NCBI GenBank assembly: GCA_010909165.1
Contig: MU008171.1
Location: forward strand, 744,001-808,000
Reading direction: 5' to 3'
Source: Anthoceros angustus
Taxonomy: Eukaryota > Plantae > Anthocerotophyta
Length of the DNA: 64,000 nucleotides
The notes below the pieces were generated by a model. That model did no database searches. It saw nothing but the letters and a program-made list of their open reading frames with translations, and was not told the DNA's origin. The translations under genes and the position numbers were made by a program. Each line of letters starts with the position of its first letter. The first letter of the stretch is position 1. Below are positions 24,059 through 37,590 of the stretch, piece after piece.

Positions 24059-26913
24059 TCAATCGATCGAATTCTTGTCAGCACGTCGAGAGTGGTACTG
24101 GGCTGTCAAAAGAACTAGGGTGAAAATGGCACTCGCCAGAAAAATGGCATCGAACCAGCGGTGGTAGAAATGGAACTGGAAACCTCGCCCCAACACATCC
24201 GTTATCACTTTCCTGCAGCATGAGAAACCCACCACTGTCAAATGAGGGACCAGGGCAGATTTGTATCCCACGACTGAACCGGACAAGTGCATGAATTTGC
24301 CATTGGCTTTCTACCTATGTTGTTCATCCAGGCTTGCTCGTATCAGAAGAATGGAGGACAGAAAGTACATCCCCATGATTTCAGACACAAAAAGGACAAG
24401 ATTGCTGGACGTGCTCTTTCCAGGACCGCCAATCGCAAAGAGGAACTGTGGATGCATCACATCGAGTCAGAATAGGACAGATCTTAGAGACCACACACAG
24501 ATGCCAGTGCAGATGCAACAGACGCAAGGCAAATGTAACGGACCTTCATCAAGTTCAGAAGAAACCCTCTGAGGGACATGGCAATCAGCATGCCAATGAA
24601 GATTAGAGATATGTACTGCAACCAATGCATGAGCTGGTAAGTTTATCCAAGGGATACAGACCTGAGAAATTCTCTTGTTTGAGAACATCCAAACACATAT
24701 GGCGAGTGCTGTCCCAAAGGCTTACAAGCAGACCAAACCATTGCATGAACACTTTGAGGGAAGCAAAAGGATGGATTTGATTGTATGTCACAACAGCCAG
24801 GAGATTACCTGGGACCAAAGTGCATCATTGATGCCAATATTAAACAAGCTGAAGACAAAGCTGAATGTCTTCAATACCGGGTCTGCAGTGCTCGACTACA
24901 GCATGTGATGGTCGACTTAGAAAGACTGGCAAAGCAGTCAGTGATGAGGAGGACGCATCAATGAATACAAGAGGGAATAACCTGAATAAAGGTTTGGCCG
25001 ACAGCTGGGATCTCCACTGGTGAAGCTGTGAAGAAGACACTCTGCATGGACTGAAGCCAACCACGATTCTTTAGAATCTGTCATCCTGGCACGCACAAAC
25101 AGAAGGATGCAGAAGTGCCACACCTTCACCATCTTGTAGACGCAATACACTGAGCAGCCATAACCAAGAAAGTTGTTCAAATGCCCCTTCCATGTCCTGG
25201 AGTATTGTGCTGCCGTCTGTACAAGATGGACTATTTAGAATCCTGACATGTTGTTACTTCCTTTGCACCAGTGTGTCTGCAACAAGTACCTTAGCTTGAC
25301 GAAGTTCATAAACTTCAAGGAAAAGCTGCTTAGAGTATTCATCCAGTGTGCTCACCTCTGCCTCTAGATCGTGCAGCTCTGTGGAAACGAAGACGTCAGC
25401 AATAGAGAGACCCTGACAGTTTCTTCAGCACTAAAAGCTGAATCCAAAAATTTCTCGAAACACCGAAATCAGTATCTGTACCCTGCTTGTAATACCTTGG
25501 GCACGATGATCTGATGCTTGAGTTCGAAGAATCGCTGATGGCTTTGAAACCCAGCTTGAAGTTGTCTCTGCTAGCTGTGACACAGCAGGAGGCACTCAAA
25601 CATTGACATCTCATTCACAAACAGCTAGCAGCTAAGAAGTATAGTGCTGTTGGCGGGTTCAATAGCCAACATAACCATTTTTCAAGAACTTGCATGGACA
25701 TCACCTCTTGCACGGCACAGATGTGATCAACTTTCTTCCTCTTCGAAACACACTGATCCACAGCTTGCAACATTTTCCTTTCTGCTGCAGCAATTTCGCC
25801 ATCATCGATGTCCCTGTATTCACAAGTTTCTGGAAAGCTTATTTCAGATGATGACGTAAGACTACATTCGTACAAAGAAACAAGCCCACGGAAGAGGTAT
25901 TGCCTTCACATCTCTGTAAAGACAAGACTCAACGTGTGCCAATAGTCTGGAACTTACTACGGTACAGTGTGAGAGAGTAACCTTATGAGAAGGAACATAT
26001 AGCTGAACGGAAGACTCACTGCTCCATAACCCGACAGCACAGCCATGAGAGTGACACCAATGAGCCCAACTCTGCCAATAAGCTGTGCCATTGTAAAAAA
26101 GCCTGCAAGACCACATGGCCATTAACTATACGCAAGCGCAGCTCATAAAAGGCAATGAGTCGGGCGAATCCCCTTGAAATGACATTCTAGGACAGCATAC
26201 CTTGATCTTCAGAGGGCATGGGAAAATGAACACCCATACGCCAAAATGCGTAAAGAAAGACTGCAACGAACAACACAGAGCTAATAGCTGCCTTATCCTT
26301 TTGAAGCCCTGCCAGACAGAAATAAGAGTTGACATTTGTTGAAGCTAAAAACTTTTAGCACACAAGAATACTAGTTGCTAGGTTATATTCAGGTAGGGCA
26401 AGAGAGAAGTACCACTATCACGAAGGATCAGGTAGCAGTGAGCGTACGGCACGACAAAAACAAGAAGAATCACCAAGCAGAAAAAATCCATGTTCCAGTT
26501 TATCCACCGTGCGCTGCCATCCACCCAGAGGCCAATCACAGTTGTTACTGCACTGGAAAACCCTCATTTCTCAAACTTGTCACACAGATTGCATGTCTCC
26601 AGAGAGTTGCACGAAATTCCCAGAGAAGACATTGCACCCAGAAAGCAAAACCAATCGAATGCTGAACTGAGGAGTCAGAAACTCACTCTTCTGAGAGGAC
26701 GGGTATCATTTCAAGAAGCACCAACTCCAGCAAGTTGCAGGAGAAGGCAAAGACAACACTAAAAAGAATCTGCACAACCCACGGTTTCTCCTCGTAATCC
26801 TTGTACAGCTTCCTGTTAAGAAACAACAGTCCTCCATAGCCAAGGATTCCAAGTGAACTGCCAACGGCCAGGCCCTCGTAGAGAATTCTGCCAAAGCTAA
26901 GGTCGCCCATCAT
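24059..26913 (-). CDS. GTG1: GPCR-type G protein / GPR89 (GTG1/COLD1-like), multi-exon
   Basis: [40 protein letters not shown]; [15 protein letters not shown]; [17 protein letters not shown]; [12 protein letters not shown]; [18 protein letters not shown]. Confidence 0.94.
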
Positions 26914-27658
26914 GCGGATTCCGATCTGCCGTATGACTAGCCAGGGACGAGAACCGGCGTCAGAGACCTGCTCCACAACTGCGCACCCCGAATTCCCATT
27001 TCTCCTGCCCACCAAATGGCCGCTTCCGTCTGTCCGAACGATCCAGCGGCATAGTCACGCGAGACCCACCTTCTCCGTCGGCCCCAGCAGAATTCCGGCC
27101 ACTACGCTTTCAGAACAAGAGCAAGCAATTGCCTGGGCCCAGCTGAACGAACTCCAATCATAAAATTCGAACTCCTCCAGTTGCAGCTAGCACAAGTTGG
27201 GCAATTCAAACGTTCCCTGAAATTCCTGGCGCAGCACCAGAGTTCGAATTCCAACCCCTCGAAAATAAACAGGAGCAGTGCTGCGACAGCTGCCCATCTG
27301 TCCTGGTCCGGCGACAAGCGTGGCGGTGGGCAGTGCCTTCGAGTCCTCCCTCTCGCCTCACAACGAAAAATTGGGACGTGCGGGCAACAGTAGGCTTGCG
27401 CAATGGATCCAGATTGGCGACCCCGGCTGTGACACGCCGGCAAGGTGCAGCATTGCCAACCTGGTGCTGGATTTGGTGCAAGGAGCCAGACGCATAGATC
27501 CTCGTGGAGTAGCGGAAGCAGCAAACCAGGCTGGTCGAGCGAGCTGCGTGTTTGTCGTAACCGCGAGCAGAGGACAGCTGCACTGACGAATCATGAGTGG
27601 GCTTGGGTTCGAACTTGGGATCCAAACTTCGTCGCCCACGTGAAACCATGCCTCTCTA

Positions 27659-28790
27659 CAGTCTACTCTCGATAAATGTTGATGGTCGGGAGTACCCTTT
27701 TGCTAACATTTAACGAATGGTCGGGAGTACTCTTTCGCTAACATTTAACGAACATAGTATTTATCAAATTTTTATAAATTTTATCAAATTTTATCAAATT
27801 TTTTAAAATTTTCAATTTTAATTTTTTTAAATTTAAAGCTTATGAGTGAAGTCTACCTCCACTCATTCCTTAAGTAATTACGTATATCCCTGTCTATAAC
27901 ATGTAGTTTTCTTATGGTATTAAATATATCAACCTCATGCTTCCTCAAAAAATGTGCGTAACTTCTCTATTGCTGCCTCCACTTGGAGTTGAAGACTGCT
28001 GCCTCCACTTGTACCGGTGTATGATAAGGAGCAGCCACAACATCAGGAACATCACCATCCTCAACTTCAAGATCATCATTTTCATCTTCACTAGGAGGAA
28101 GGATCTTTTCCTCCGAAGGCATGAATGAAGTGTTTGTCCCATTTTTAAATTCATATTCAATAAACTCTAGTGCACTCATAGTTGGAATGCTACATGTGGC
28201 ATGTAGACTAACCTCCAAGAGCCTAAGTAATAATGCATCTATTTTATTATATTCACTTGCTAAAAGTGCCACCCTAGAAATATGGTCTGATCTAATATTA
28301 GTAAGATCCAAGTCTCTTACATCATCATTTAGGTTAACCTTCAGCCTTCTTATTGTTGCCCTTTCTTGCCACAAGCCAACATGCTTCCAACAATTCCTGA
28401 TTGCTCCCATTTTCACATTCACTTGCTAAGATTCCTCTAACATGATAACAACATCATATACAACCACTAAAGGAGCCCTTTCCTTGTAGATGAGGTGATG
28501 AATAAGCTTCTTTTTATAGTTAGTTTTGAACGAGTAAATAATTCCATCAACTATGGCTTGGTACAAACAACTCACATTGGAAGGGAAGAACTCAACTTTA
28601 ATTACCTCTAATCTCTCTAGTATTTTCTCCTTGAGCTTGTGGAGAAGGGCATTATCCACAAGTAGCAAATACTTGTGTTCTTCATGCAAGCTTCATTCTT
28701 TTGTCAAAATCAAGCAAAAACCTTTCAAACAACTACCCATTCATGCATCCATGCTCTTTACTGTCCCCATGCTTCAATTCTACACTGCCC
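27659..28790 (-). mobile_element. pogo/Tigger-like DDE DNA transposon remnant
   Basis: TA|CAGTCTACTCTCGATAA terminus; decayed DDE_1 segment LLLVDNA..H..VEFFPSNVSCLYQAIVDGIIYSFKTNYKK..AIRNCWKHVG. The other end was not found. Confidence 0.75.
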
Positions 28791-29114
28791 TAGGCCTACA
28801 TGTCTATTAGTTGTTAGCGTTAAAATTCTACCTAGTCGGTAGGTAATTGTTAGCCTTCCATTGGTTGGTGTATTTATTCAGTGGTAGCTACCAATTAGGA
28901 GCTAGCGTATTACAATTAAATTTAAAATAGATTTTGAAATTAATATTAATTTTATTGTAGTTAATCTTATTCTTCCTTCTTTTGGATTCATTCATAGTAA
29001 TTATCAAACTCAACTAGTATAACATAACTTAAATTTGAAATTTTAATAATATTGATCATTTTAGTTCCATAACTGTCCTTCACTTCGAACATAGCGTTTT
29101 CCGTGCCGTATATG

Positions 29115-29278
29115 ATGGATAGTGCAGGCTACATGAGGTAGGAGAAGATGTGATTTGATCAAAATATCTTTGTAGACACCCTCAATCTTGCATACTTTAC
29201 TATGGGTAGTGCAAGCTGCATGAGGTAGGAGAAGGTTTGATTGGATCAAAATAATCTCTCTAGATACCCTCAATCCCA
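29115..29278. repeat. ~87-bp imperfect tandem duplication
   Basis: ATGG(A/G)TAGTGCA..CATGAGGTAGGAGAAG..GATCAAAATA..CCCTCAATC twice. Confidence 0.7.
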
Positions 29279-30049
29279 CACACTTTTTAAAGTAATACAT
29301 GGTTTTGAAATAAAAGATTGTGTAAAGTTAAAAAATGGCAAACGAGCCTAGCTTGAAATGAGATACATGGCGCGGAAGAATGAATCTTTGAGACAAGAAA
29401 CATGCCGTGGAAGAATGCATGGTTTGAGACAAGAAACATGGCATGGAGTATCATTTCATGAATAAACTTTTACTTAATTAACTAATGCTTATTATAAGTT
29501 AGGGCTAGAAGATAATAGAGCTATTATTTAACACTTCTTCTTAGGCCAAACTCGTGATAAGAGGATAAAATAAGGATAACGTGTGATTAAACCACGAAAT
29601 AATATGCCACAAAGGAGTGACAAATTCTCGCCTATTCTCGGCTGATGGTTAAAAGCTTTTTGCTTTGCCAACTAATGGCGGAGCCACAAAGCAAGGTGCA
29701 ATATGCTACAATTGATTTTCTGCTATCAACATCACCCGCCCAATTAGCGTCATGAAAACAAGTAAGTTTGAAATCACTTGTCTTCGTGCATTTGAGACAC
29801 AAATGTCCAACCTGTGAGATACAATAGGCTGCCTACCACTTCACGATATGGGATTGTAGATATCTCGAACTTCTTGGCGTCGGCAGTAGGACTATCCTGT
29901 AGTTGGAACTAGATTTCAAAGTTTTATCCTCCTCATTATGCAAGTATATTAACTTCATAAAATGTGTTCTAACATTGGTGTTGGATTTTGTCAGTGTTGT
30001 TGTTTTTCCAAAGCTTTTCTCTTCCCAAATTCTTCTCAACAAATAACAT

Positions 30050-30710
30050 GTCTTCCCACTAAACGTTAGCTATAGTATTAGCATGATATCCCAATTCTTG
30101 AAGCAATCAGGCCGTATTTATTGGGCAGTGGTGAAACGTATTTATCGCTATTTTAAAGGAGCTATTTCATGTAGAGTTTTTTATACAACAAGTTGGAACA
30201 AAAGTTTACAACTTACCTCATATGCTGATGCTGATTGGGCATCAAATACTAATACTAAGAAGAGTCTCTTAGCATACTATTTTACCTTAGCCTCTGGATC
30301 TATTAGCTAGAGTTGCAAAAAGTAGGCCTCACTACATTGTCTTTAACTCAAACTGAATATAAAGCACTGACAGAAGTCTGCAAGGAAGCAAAGTGGGAGA
30401 GTTAGCTTCTTAATTCAGCTGATCAAACACAATCAGACCCCACAAATCTGTTATATGATAATATGCGTGCTATAAAGCTAGCCTTACTTACTATCCATGA
30501 GTTCAACGTGAATGATGATTATATAGGAATTGTGACGTCGCGATAATATCAATGCTACTATAGCGCTAGCCTTACTTCCTGAGTTTCAAGCTAGAACTAA
30601 ATACATAGAAGTCTTTCATCACTACATAATTTAGAGATATTGTTGAAAGTTATGAAGGTTTAAGTATAGCAGCACGGATGAAAATATTGTTGATATCTTC
30701 ACTAAGTAGG
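30050..30710 (+). mobile_element. Ty1/copia RT-RNaseH remnant
   Basis: ISQFL..WAVVKRIYRYFKG..YADADWAS..SIS*SCKK..EYKAL, then RTKYIEV, DENIVDIFTK with stops. Confidence 0.85.
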
Positions 30711-31244
30711 CAGTTTAAACAGTGAGAAGGCTTAGTCTGTAGGGAGATCCCAATTAACTTAACAGCCTAGGTACATCAGCCATTAGGATGAGCATTCAAA
30801 AATGCGCAGGTTTCAAATTGTATGTATGCTATTGGTTCTGTATTTAGCTTGCTAGTTGTCATGACATGAGTCTACAAAAATCCATTTTTAGGCATCTTTT
30901 GGTTATAACAAAGAGTTTATTTTGTTAAGTTCTTTGCTTGTGATAAAGTTGTTTGATGTAGTGGATGAAGCATCATGCTCAAATTAAATCGTGATCTGAC
31001 ACCTCTAGTGTTTGTTTGTGCAAACGAACACACTGCCAATTAGGGCTTTAGGCCAGATTTAAGTACATCCCGTAATCGTATCAATGGGCATGATTATGGT
31101 TACGGATAAGGGATAAGGGATTGTAATCCAGTAATTGTAATCCCGTAATTGGTGCAGGACTTAATGTGATAACTTAGCATGAGTCCTTGGCTAAACCTAA
31201 CCCGCTATAAACCACGTAGGTACGCTATTCAGTGTAACACCACT

Positions 31245-31326
31245 CATTTGTACAATTTACAAAAACAGAAAAGCATTACCGTGATACATTTGTACAATTT
31301 ACAAAAACAGAAAAGCATTACCGTGA
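31245..31326. repeat. 42-bp tandem duplication
   Basis: CATTTGTACAATTTACAAAAACAGAAAAGCATTACCGTGA twice. Confidence 0.85.
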
Positions 31327-32584
31327 CATATAATTGTGCGTAAGGCATGATAAGATAGTTAAGACCATACATGAATTGTGATGCTGTAGCGGATAATTCA
31401 CTGCAAGGCATGATGAGATGGTCAAGATCATATGGAAACTGTGTTCTGCGTAATGATGCCATGTGACTGTTGTTCGCATGGTTCAATCTTATCTTATCTA
31501 TACGAGAGAATCATTCGTAGGCGGAAACTCATTTTGGGCACATCATCATGCGCCAATGCTCTGAAATGTACATACATATTGTATAAGGTCTTCATGAGGT
31601 AATAGTTGAAGTCCATGATCATAGCACATTCCTCGGTTTCAAAACAATTTGTAAGTCTCACCAGTAAATAATTATAGATTCCCTAAAAGCAAGTCTAGTT
31701 CCAATCTTCCTTCCATAATCGTTTTTATAATTTTTGTGTACATATAAGATTAAAACCCTCATATGGAAAGAAATCTAACTCATATTAAGATATGAATATC
31801 GTGAGTTTTATAAACTATGACAGTATACCTACAAAGTAAGAATGTGAATGTGTATGTATGTGTGTGAAATGTCATAAAGGTTCTGACTTGAATTCCGGCT
31901 GCGGCTGCCGAGTTCCGGGTTCCAGAAACGCCGTACGAGCCAGAGCCAGAGCCAGAGCGAGCGCGAGCCGGGATGAGCGCGGCAGGAGCTTCTGTGGCCA
32001 CGTGTCCCTCCAATACTGGTACGTACCCGGTTACACGTCCTGTGCACGTCTCCGTCGCGGTTCGATCCACGAGTGTCCGCGACACCCGCAGCCCTAGCAT
32101 GGAATGCACGTCTGTACTCGGAGAGCACGAATCACGAATCGAATGGCAAGAAGCTGGATCCTCTTTTTTTTTTCCGAGAACGAGAAGCTGGAAGCTGGAT
32201 CCTGGCCTCACCAGTTACCAAAACGGTGAGCTCCATCGGCTTGCATGCGAATGAAATGGACATAAATTTCGATGTGGGCCGAAGCGGAAGGGACGCACGT
32301 GGCATGCCGGCAGCGCGCGGTGCCACCGTGTATGACATATGGATATGAAGCAGCTCGGAGCAAGGACCAGTGCCAATGCGAATCATTGTGTGGCTACGTT
32401 TCAGCAACTTGGTTTTACGGCCCTGGCGATTCGGCGCAACTGTGAACTGGACGAGTGAAGCGGGTTGGGTTCCTTGGCCTCTCACTGCCGGCCTCGGGCA
32501 TGTCCATATGTATTTTCGTGCCCTCGGTCACCGCTTCACTTCATTTATAACCCATTTCTTTTCACATAACTTATTTTCCTTTAA

Positions 32585-32860
32585 GCTCACGTACCTACTC
32601 TCCCAGCATGTGACGAAGCTCCTTGGTTACAAGGTCGAGGGCTCACGTTCCTACTCTCCCTGCAGGTGACGAAGCTCCTTGGTTACAAGGTCGAGGTCGA
32701 GGTCGAGGTGGTCATTCCTCGAGCCTTCTGGCTTGAAAGGGATCCTGGTAGGGAGCGCATATCGATTATGATTTTTCAATCTATAGATGATCGCCTCCAC
32801 GTTCCGAGCGCATATTGATTATGACTTTTCACTCTATGGATGATCGCCTCCACGTTCCGA
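32585..32860. repeat. Two short tandem duplications (~57 bp and ~54 bp) plus a GGTCGA run
   Basis: GTGACGAAGCTCCTTGGTTACAAGGTCGAGG x2; GAGCGCATAT..GATGATCGCCTCCACGTTCCGA x2. Confidence 0.75.
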
Positions 32861-33712
32861 AGGCTTGAAATGTTACGGACAACTCAGTGATATATCAATG
32901 AGGATCTTACACCATTGCAATGGAAGACTTAGAAGGAGAAGTTACCCGCTTTCAGAGTAGCTCGTGCTGCAGGTCAAGTGGCTTTGTTTCGTGGGGAGGA
33001 ATTGGTGGTGTTTGGCCCTTGTTCACGCAATTTCATTGACATTGTTGATTGATTGAAGATTATTTATCTTGTTTATGTTTTATCTTTATATTAATCCGAA
33101 CTATTTTACCATAATATATATAATTATCATATTTCAGTCCCATGACGGAAATCCGTCCTTACTGGACTTGCATAAAATTCTTCTCTTCTTCTACAAGGGA
33201 AGCTTGGTGGTAGAAATGCCGGAGACAGGGCAGTGGCTGTCAGACCAATGAACGGGGCGATGGGTTTCAAAAGCAGTTTGAGCATTGAGCTGGAAATAGA
33301 GTCACTCGGATGCGGGTTGGTAATAAATGAAAGTATGCGTACCTCGACTCGATGATGCGGCCGGTCGAACGATATTGCCGCATAAACAATGCAGTCAACA
33401 ACGAGTCTATCTGGTTTTGCCCACGCACGCCTCTCTCGCCTCCGCTGGCCTTCGCTGCTCGCGCCATTGCACGCTGCGCATTCGCATTCCTTCCGGGCCG
33501 CCAATCCCCAATTGTTGCCCGCGGATTGGATTCGCGCCTGCTCGGTGGCCTGGCTCGTCTCCAATTTTTGCCAGGCCCGGCGCACGAGGCGAGGCGGCTG
33601 CAAGAGGGGCGGGGCACTGGAGCTGGCGAGGTCTGGTAGAGCGCCAGATCGGGGTTGCCATGACCACAATGATAGCAGGTAGCTGAGCAGGAAGCGGGAA
33701 AGAAGCGTGCAC

Positions 33713-36700
33713 ATGGCGGTGGCTGCAGCAGGGGCTCCTCCTGCTGCTGCAGGCCGGGTCGCCCCGGCGGCGTTTGTCAATCCGGCTCCGCGACCCGCTC
33801 AATGCTTGGTAAGGGCGTCACGGAGGCACAGGAACACGCGCATCTTTCGCTCATTGCATCCTCGGCTCGCTACCTGCAATTACTGCCGTAGTCAGGTTAA
33901 GAGCAGTGCTCATACTTTGGCTTCGGTATCGGGAATTTTTGATTGATGGCTCAGTGTGTGGATTCTGTGAAACTGGTGCCTGGAGTGGTATATGGAATGT
34001 AGCTGCGGCGCTGGTGAGTGTCGGCTGCTTTTCGGGATTGTAGCGCAATCCTAAATGCACGCTGGAATTGGATGCCTGCGTCCGAAGTCGGACTCCTCGT
34101 ACCCTAGGATGTCTCGTCTTAGAATGCACCGTCAGCTGTTGAGGATATACGTCTGGTGTTCTGTTGAGTGAGATGAGGTTTGGAACTGCAAGATCTGAAT
34201 GTTGTGGACGAAGCGTAGAAGCTCGCCAGTTGTCCTTTTTGGTTGCAACCACAGGCCCTGGCCGATGTCCGGGAAGTATGTTGGTATGTGAAGTAACTGA
34301 AGATCGTAAGCGCGCTTTGCGTCTATTCTGATACCACCGTTGTGCGCAGTTTGATATTAAGCAGAGGTGGCAGCATGGAGAGACACAAACATACTTGTCA
34401 GAAAAGACTGGTCTGGGAATCAAGAGAAAGCTGATGGGCTGCGATGTGCTGGTGAAGGCCGTAGCGAAGCCTGCGTCTGCATCAGCACCAGTATCGGTTG
34501 AAGATGACGCAGAGGATGCTGAAGATACCCTGGGGTCACATTCAAGTAACTATGTCATTCTTAATCTAGGCTCAGCGATGAGAAGTATACCTGTACAGCG
34601 CATAGCAGTATGGGCAGGCGTTGCATTCACTCTGTATCAACTCAAAGATTTTGTCGGGGTATGTGGGTCCACCTCTAGCGACATCCACAGAACCCTCACT
34701 GCAATGGCGTTTTGACTGAGATGGTGCTGATTTAGTGTTATGTGCCTCCATCTTGCTGCACCTAGTTAGGTAGCTGGCATCAAGGCAGGGATTTAGGGTA
34801 TCTTTGAGGGGTTCACTGGATCACTTTTGGTAGACTAGCAGCTGTAACTTGATTTCCTGGGTTCACTGAGTTGAGGACAACTGTTAGGCCTTCTGGTACT
34901 GGATATATAGTGTGACGGCTTGTTTCTTTCCGGGACTCCAGCGTATGGTGATCACTCGGTTGCACAATTGCAGGTCATCATGGGGACCATCGTCTTGTCT
35001 GTGGTGGGGAACTCACTGGTGGCATGGGCAGAAGATTTTCTTCCAGGAAGGCGACGAGTCATTGTAGCTATCATGTATGCGGTAATCATTGCTGCACTCG
35101 TTGGTATTGGAGTTGCGTACATCCCAAGACTTACACAAGAAGGGACCAAGATCATAGCCCGCATTCAGGTGATTGTCTTCTTTATGTTGCTTCACAGCCG
35201 AGCAGCCAAGGGGCCACCGCCATTGGATATGGTTTTCAAGATGTCTCTGCATGAAAAAGATGTTTGAACACTGGAATGACTTTTCGGTGTCTTATCCGAC
35301 TCACAGCAAAGCGAGGACCCCTACGGCCTCTTGTCTGACAGGCTCAGGAACGCGTTAGGAGAGCAGGTCACAGACCAGGTAAGTCTTGTGATGGCTTTTT
35401 TTCCTACCTGAATGCAGCTTTGCTTGGAGTAAGTGGTCTCATTATTTACACTTCAGTTGTTTGCCATGTCCAGCTGGAGCGGTTTCTCCTAGTAGTTGCT
35501 AAGCCGGACACAGTTGTCATGGTAAGAGTTTCACCAATCAGCGTTCTGAGGGTCTGCCTGTACCTATCATGGGTTCCAATCTGATAGTGTGAAAGAGTGT
35601 TACAGGAATCGGTTGCAGGGAGCCGCTCTATCAGGTCAACCGCTCTACAGCAAATGATAAAGGATTATTCTGGTTCCATGGTGGCCTGGCTGGCAACTTT
35701 AATATCTGACACAAGCCGCTTTGCTTTGCAGGTAGTGGTCAGCTTATTTGATTTAGTACATAAGCCCTGCACATAGAAGGCCTGAGGTGCCTTACCATCC
35801 TTTGGCATATATGGTTTTGATCTCCGGTCTTGCTGTGATTCTTGTGCTGCAGAGCCTGGTGAGCCTCACATTCTCATTCATGCTTGTTTGGGACATGCCA
35901 GCCATACGACTGTCAGTGCAATCTTTAAGGGAGTCACGACTATCAGTAATTTATGAGGAACTGGCACCTGTGGTAAGTTTCCAGGATGTAATTGCTTGCA
36001 GTTTTTTCGCTGAAGCGGTTCACAGTCTGAGAATCTGTTTGGGTCACTGCAGGTGACCACTTTTGGTCATCTGTTTGGGAAAGCCTTACAGGCTCAGGGT
36101 GCCATTGCCACTGTCAATACTGCGCTCACCGGCCTTGGGCTTTTGGTGCTAGGAGTGTCTGGAGTAGGCCTGCTGTCTCTGTTCGTTTTCCTGTGCTCCT
36201 TTGTTCCTGTGGCCGGAGTCATTATCTCAACGGTTCCAATCGGCTTTGTTGCATTTACTGAGTAAGTGGGTGTACTTTAATTTTTGCGTGTTAATGGAAC
36301 ACTGTGTATTTCTCAGACTCTCATCCACGCCAGCTTCTTTGGTTATACAGGTCTGGAATTCTAAAGCTCAGCCTGGCTGTTTTGATGGTCATCATGATTC
36401 ATGGTGTGGAAGCATACATCCTGAACCCAGTTATCTACTCAGGTCTGTGTCACATGCTCTATCGCAATGTTGTCGCCCACGGATTCAGTTGCAGTGCGAT
36501 TGTTTTCCTAATCTGAGATCTTTTCGTCGTTGCCCAAATGCACAGCTCATTTGAAGCTACATCCACTATTGGCGCTGGGGGTACTGTTTTTTGCTGAGCA
36601 CGCCCTTGGAGTTTGGGGCTTGCTTGTGGCTGTTCCCTTCGCCGTATTTTTCATCGAATATATAATCAAGCGGACGCCCATGAAAACTGGAGGAGGGGCA

Positions 36701-36730
36701 AAAAACAAGGCAGCAGCTTTGACATCCTGA
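33713..36730 (+). CDS. AI-2E (UPF0118/PerM) family membrane transporter, probably plastid-targeted
   Basis: Ala-rich exon 1 splices in frame to ~34350 (..VKAVA..); FGKALQAQGAIATVNTALT..FVPVAGVIISTVP; IHGVEAYILNPVIYS|AHLKLHP..AEHALGVWGLLVAVP. Confidence 0.85.
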
Positions 36731-37590
36731 ATTCAAGGTCGTCCCATGTCTACTCTTCTTGAAGGTCGGAAACAGTGTGCAGATGTGAAAACCTTCTGCA
36801 GAAAAAAGCAGGGGGATTATGAACGTGACTTCCTGCTCGTCTGTGCTTCTGAAGAGAAAAGGGGGTTGCTTCCATGAGCAATGGAGGAAATTTCGTGGTT
36901 TGTTGGCTTGCCATGGGAGGACTAGCTTAGGACAGAGCAAGAGAAGACAGCTTCACTGTTACTTGATCAACGCACAAACCTCAGGGGTGCCTTCATGTGA
37001 AGATCTCCTATCCTCCTATTGCTCACGTCACTACTTTGCTGGTGTTGTAGGGACAGTTGTCTTGTCCAAGAAGACGAGACGAGATAAGCCTTTCGTATGA
37101 ATCATTGTCCTCTCCACCTTATGGATGAAGTCATTAGGCCGGCTCCCAGCGGCCCGCCCTGTCCCAAACCAAGTCAACCTGTTGCAGGTGAGGGCAGGCG
37201 GATTCCGGTGCTGTCCCTGTTGTGCGCCCACGGCAGGCTCAGTGAGGTTGGGTGGGCACAGGCTACGGATGCTCCCCACACAGTTGGCCGACGGTGGTTG
37301 GCACACATGGAAGCAGCTATTGATGAGGACGCGCAAATGGCGCACGCTGTCGGTCCTGCCCGACCTCTGGGCTGTCCACGGGTTTCAAGCCTGCTCCATC
37401 CTCCTGTACCTGACGCCAACATTTCAAGGGGAAAAAACAAGAGGCGCTGGGAGAAGCTCTGAAGCAGCAGGTCGGAGAGCGGGATAAAGCCGAGAGCGTG
37501 GACCACATCCATGGCGCCACCCAATAAAGTATTGCTGTCATGAAGAGGCGGGCAGCTGCGACCAGGGCTTTTGTCGGGAACTGCGGGAAA

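Noticed and set aside
31485-33300. Possible Helitron with captured exon-like fragments
   Set aside because: Only a vague TC-start; no convincing 3' hairpin plus CTRR and no recognisable protein.
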